Assembly: GCA_013265495.1 (NCBI GenBank)
Contig: MU058337.1
Coordinates: 1,728,777 to 1,792,776, forward strand
Direction: 5' to 3'
From: Vicugna vicugna
Lineage: Eukaryota
DNA: 64,000 nucleotides
Shown here: positions 61,772 through 64,000 of the stretch, piece after piece
Numbering within the stretch: the first letter of the stretch is position 1
Layout of the letters: every line of letters starts with the position of its first letter
Program-made: the position numbers and the translations under genes
The notes under the pieces: generated by a model
Database searches by the model: none
The model's input: the letters and a program-made list of their open reading frames with translations, nothing else
Told to the model about the DNA's origin: nothing

Positions 61772-64000
61772 GAACTGCTTTTGGAACCTAGGGCTCCAAA
61801 GAGAGAACGGTCTCATCGCCTTTCTCCAGCACAGAAAATGCGGGGGTTAACAGGGCCACCATGGTGGGCAAGGTGGGTCCAGGCATTACTCGCAATGTCC
61901 AGTGGTCAGCGCATGAATAGGTGCAACCCCCATGGTGTTCAACACCCTGAGCATCACATTGGTGGGGCCAGAGAGCTGACCCTTGAGTCCCTGTGAGCCC
62001 ACCACTCAGCCACCTTGGGCGGACGCCTGCTTGCTGCACTGCATGCAAATCACGGCAGGGAAGAGTCCGTAGCTACATCCCAGAGCCACGTAAGACACCA
62101 TTCCTCATCTTCAGCTTGAGGACAAGGGGGTGACTTTCCAAAGTCATACTTCTAGTAACCTTAACCATATAGAACACTGCCACAAACTGAGAAGTCAGTG
62201 AGACTCCAGGGTTGCATTAGAATATGGTAGTGCTTTCAGGGGCTACAGAGGTGTGTAGGACGAATTACCTCCCAAATACACGTCCACAAAGGACTGTCAT
62301 TTTAAAGGTCTGCTGGAAACTGTTCCTGCATCCTCTTGCTTCTGATATGCTGCTTTGTTCTACCCCAAATTGCTACCATTAAGTTCAGAAATAGTTTACT
62401 TTTGTGTGTGTGTGGCGTTAGTGAGTGGATTTAAGAACTGGGAAATCTTTTTTCATTCGGGTTTTTAAAGATGTAATATTTGATGTTGAATGGCAGAATT
62501 TGTTAGTGGGCTGATTTAGTTATTCTCTATCTGTTTAGAAGGTAGCGAAAATGTTCTCTTTGTAAAGTCGGTTTTAAAGTATAAATGTTTTAAATATTTT
62601 TATAGTCACTGTTTGGGTTGAGGATGTATCTCACCTGTATATGTACTGCTCAACTGCCCATTCCTTTCACACGCTGGCCAGTCATAAGCAAATTTGTCTG
62701 CCAAGCTGGGCGGCGGGTTGTGGAGTCTGGGAGGCAGGATGTAAGTCTAAACTCTTTGTCCCAGTGTCCTAACCACCTTTGTTGAAGTGGGATGTGTTCA
62801 GACTTCAGCATCTAATGTCGAATCATTGATTCCAATGTCCATTTTTTTTCCTTTTTAAAAAAACTCTGAAGCTTTTTATATTAAAAAACACTTATTTGCC
62901 TAAGATTATTTCACAGAAGTTAAATAAGACTGAGGTAGAAAGAATCTAGAAATATAAAAGTGAATAAAAGTGATGCATATGCCTTTTTTTTATGGTGGTG
63001 GCTCTCACCACACAATTTTCTTGCCAGATTCAACAACATGTCCCTATTTCCTATAAAACCCGCTGACAGTCATTGTTGGCATGCCAATTTCTACTCAATG
63101 GTGGGGAGTCTCTCCCTCGTTGGCCCGGTACCCTGCGCTCATCCCAGTTTGGCTACTATCAGGAGTCAGTTTTGTGAACTCCCCTCATTCCTCACCCAAA
63201 CTTGGTAAAGCTAATTATATTAGGTTTGTGAGCAAACGATATAATCAAGCAGGACTTAAAATGATGGAAAACAAGTGCAAAAAGAAAGTGTTGTTACTAT
63301 GAAAACTAACTCAGATGCTTTACAGTGACTCCGTAAAAGCTCATCACTAAAAGTAATTGCTGCCAATTAATTACAGGCAAGTCAACTGAAGAAGAAACGT
63401 TATAAAAATCTGGAAAGATGCTGCACTCTGGAGTTTGCACACCTACCTTTGTGATCTCACTTCACTTTAAAGAAATAAAACCCTGGGAATCACGAGTGAT
63501 GTGTCCAAGGGAGTTCTAAGTGAGAAAGATGACACTGAACTCTAATCAGAGGGTCCATATTCAGAGAATGAGGCTTGGCCCTACGTTCATTCACTGGCAA
63601 AGGTTATTCATTTGCATGTTTTTAGTTAAAATTATTTAGAATAGGCACATATCATTTGCACCTTTCTCTTTTTCAATCAACTTTTTCACCAAGTACAACT
63701 GTCAGTCACATCGGAGCTTATTAGCTAGAAGGGCTGCTTCTGTCTAAAACAGACTTACATGTGGTTGGTTAATCAGGAGGGGTAGTTTTGTGTTCGAGGG
63801 CAGGCAGAAAATTCAAAGTGATATCGCTATATGGGATTACATTAAACTTCATAAGGTTGCAAAAGACAGTTGCACAATTTCAGTATAAGGAAAACTGGCC
63901 TCCAAGCACTGCAAGCAAGTATTTGCAGGGAAATGGGACTCTGGGCAAAGGGTGGGTTGGTTATGAGCAAAGTGACTCAAAAGAGCACGTAGCTTTGGTT

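Overview
Mammalian nuclear DNA, almost certainly camelid (camel, alpaca or llama), because it carries tRNA-Ala-derived Vic-1-type SINEs. I recognise no protein-coding exon, functional RNA gene, CRISPR array or operon-like system. The ORF track is mostly chance ORFs plus L1 remnants. The window reads as a large intron or intergenic stretch. It holds young 5'-truncated L1 copies with visible target-site duplications (TSDs), two SINEs, MaLR/ERVL LTRs, a MER5A, many old MIR and L2 fragments, microsatellites and four N gaps inside L1s. The most notable items are: an orphan CpG island (~34.3-34.9 kb), a decayed HAL1/L1-type ORF1p fossil (~27.8-28.4 kb), a site hit twice by retrotransposition leaving three copies of one TSD (~58.2-58.6 kb), a 5'-inverted L1, a phase-perfect 36-unit pentamer array inside a signal-peptide-like ORF, an RFX-half-site tandem array and several exon-like splice signals. 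I found no convincing novel biological system. Repeat family names come from recalled consensus sequences, not a database search, and boundaries of old repeats are approximate.
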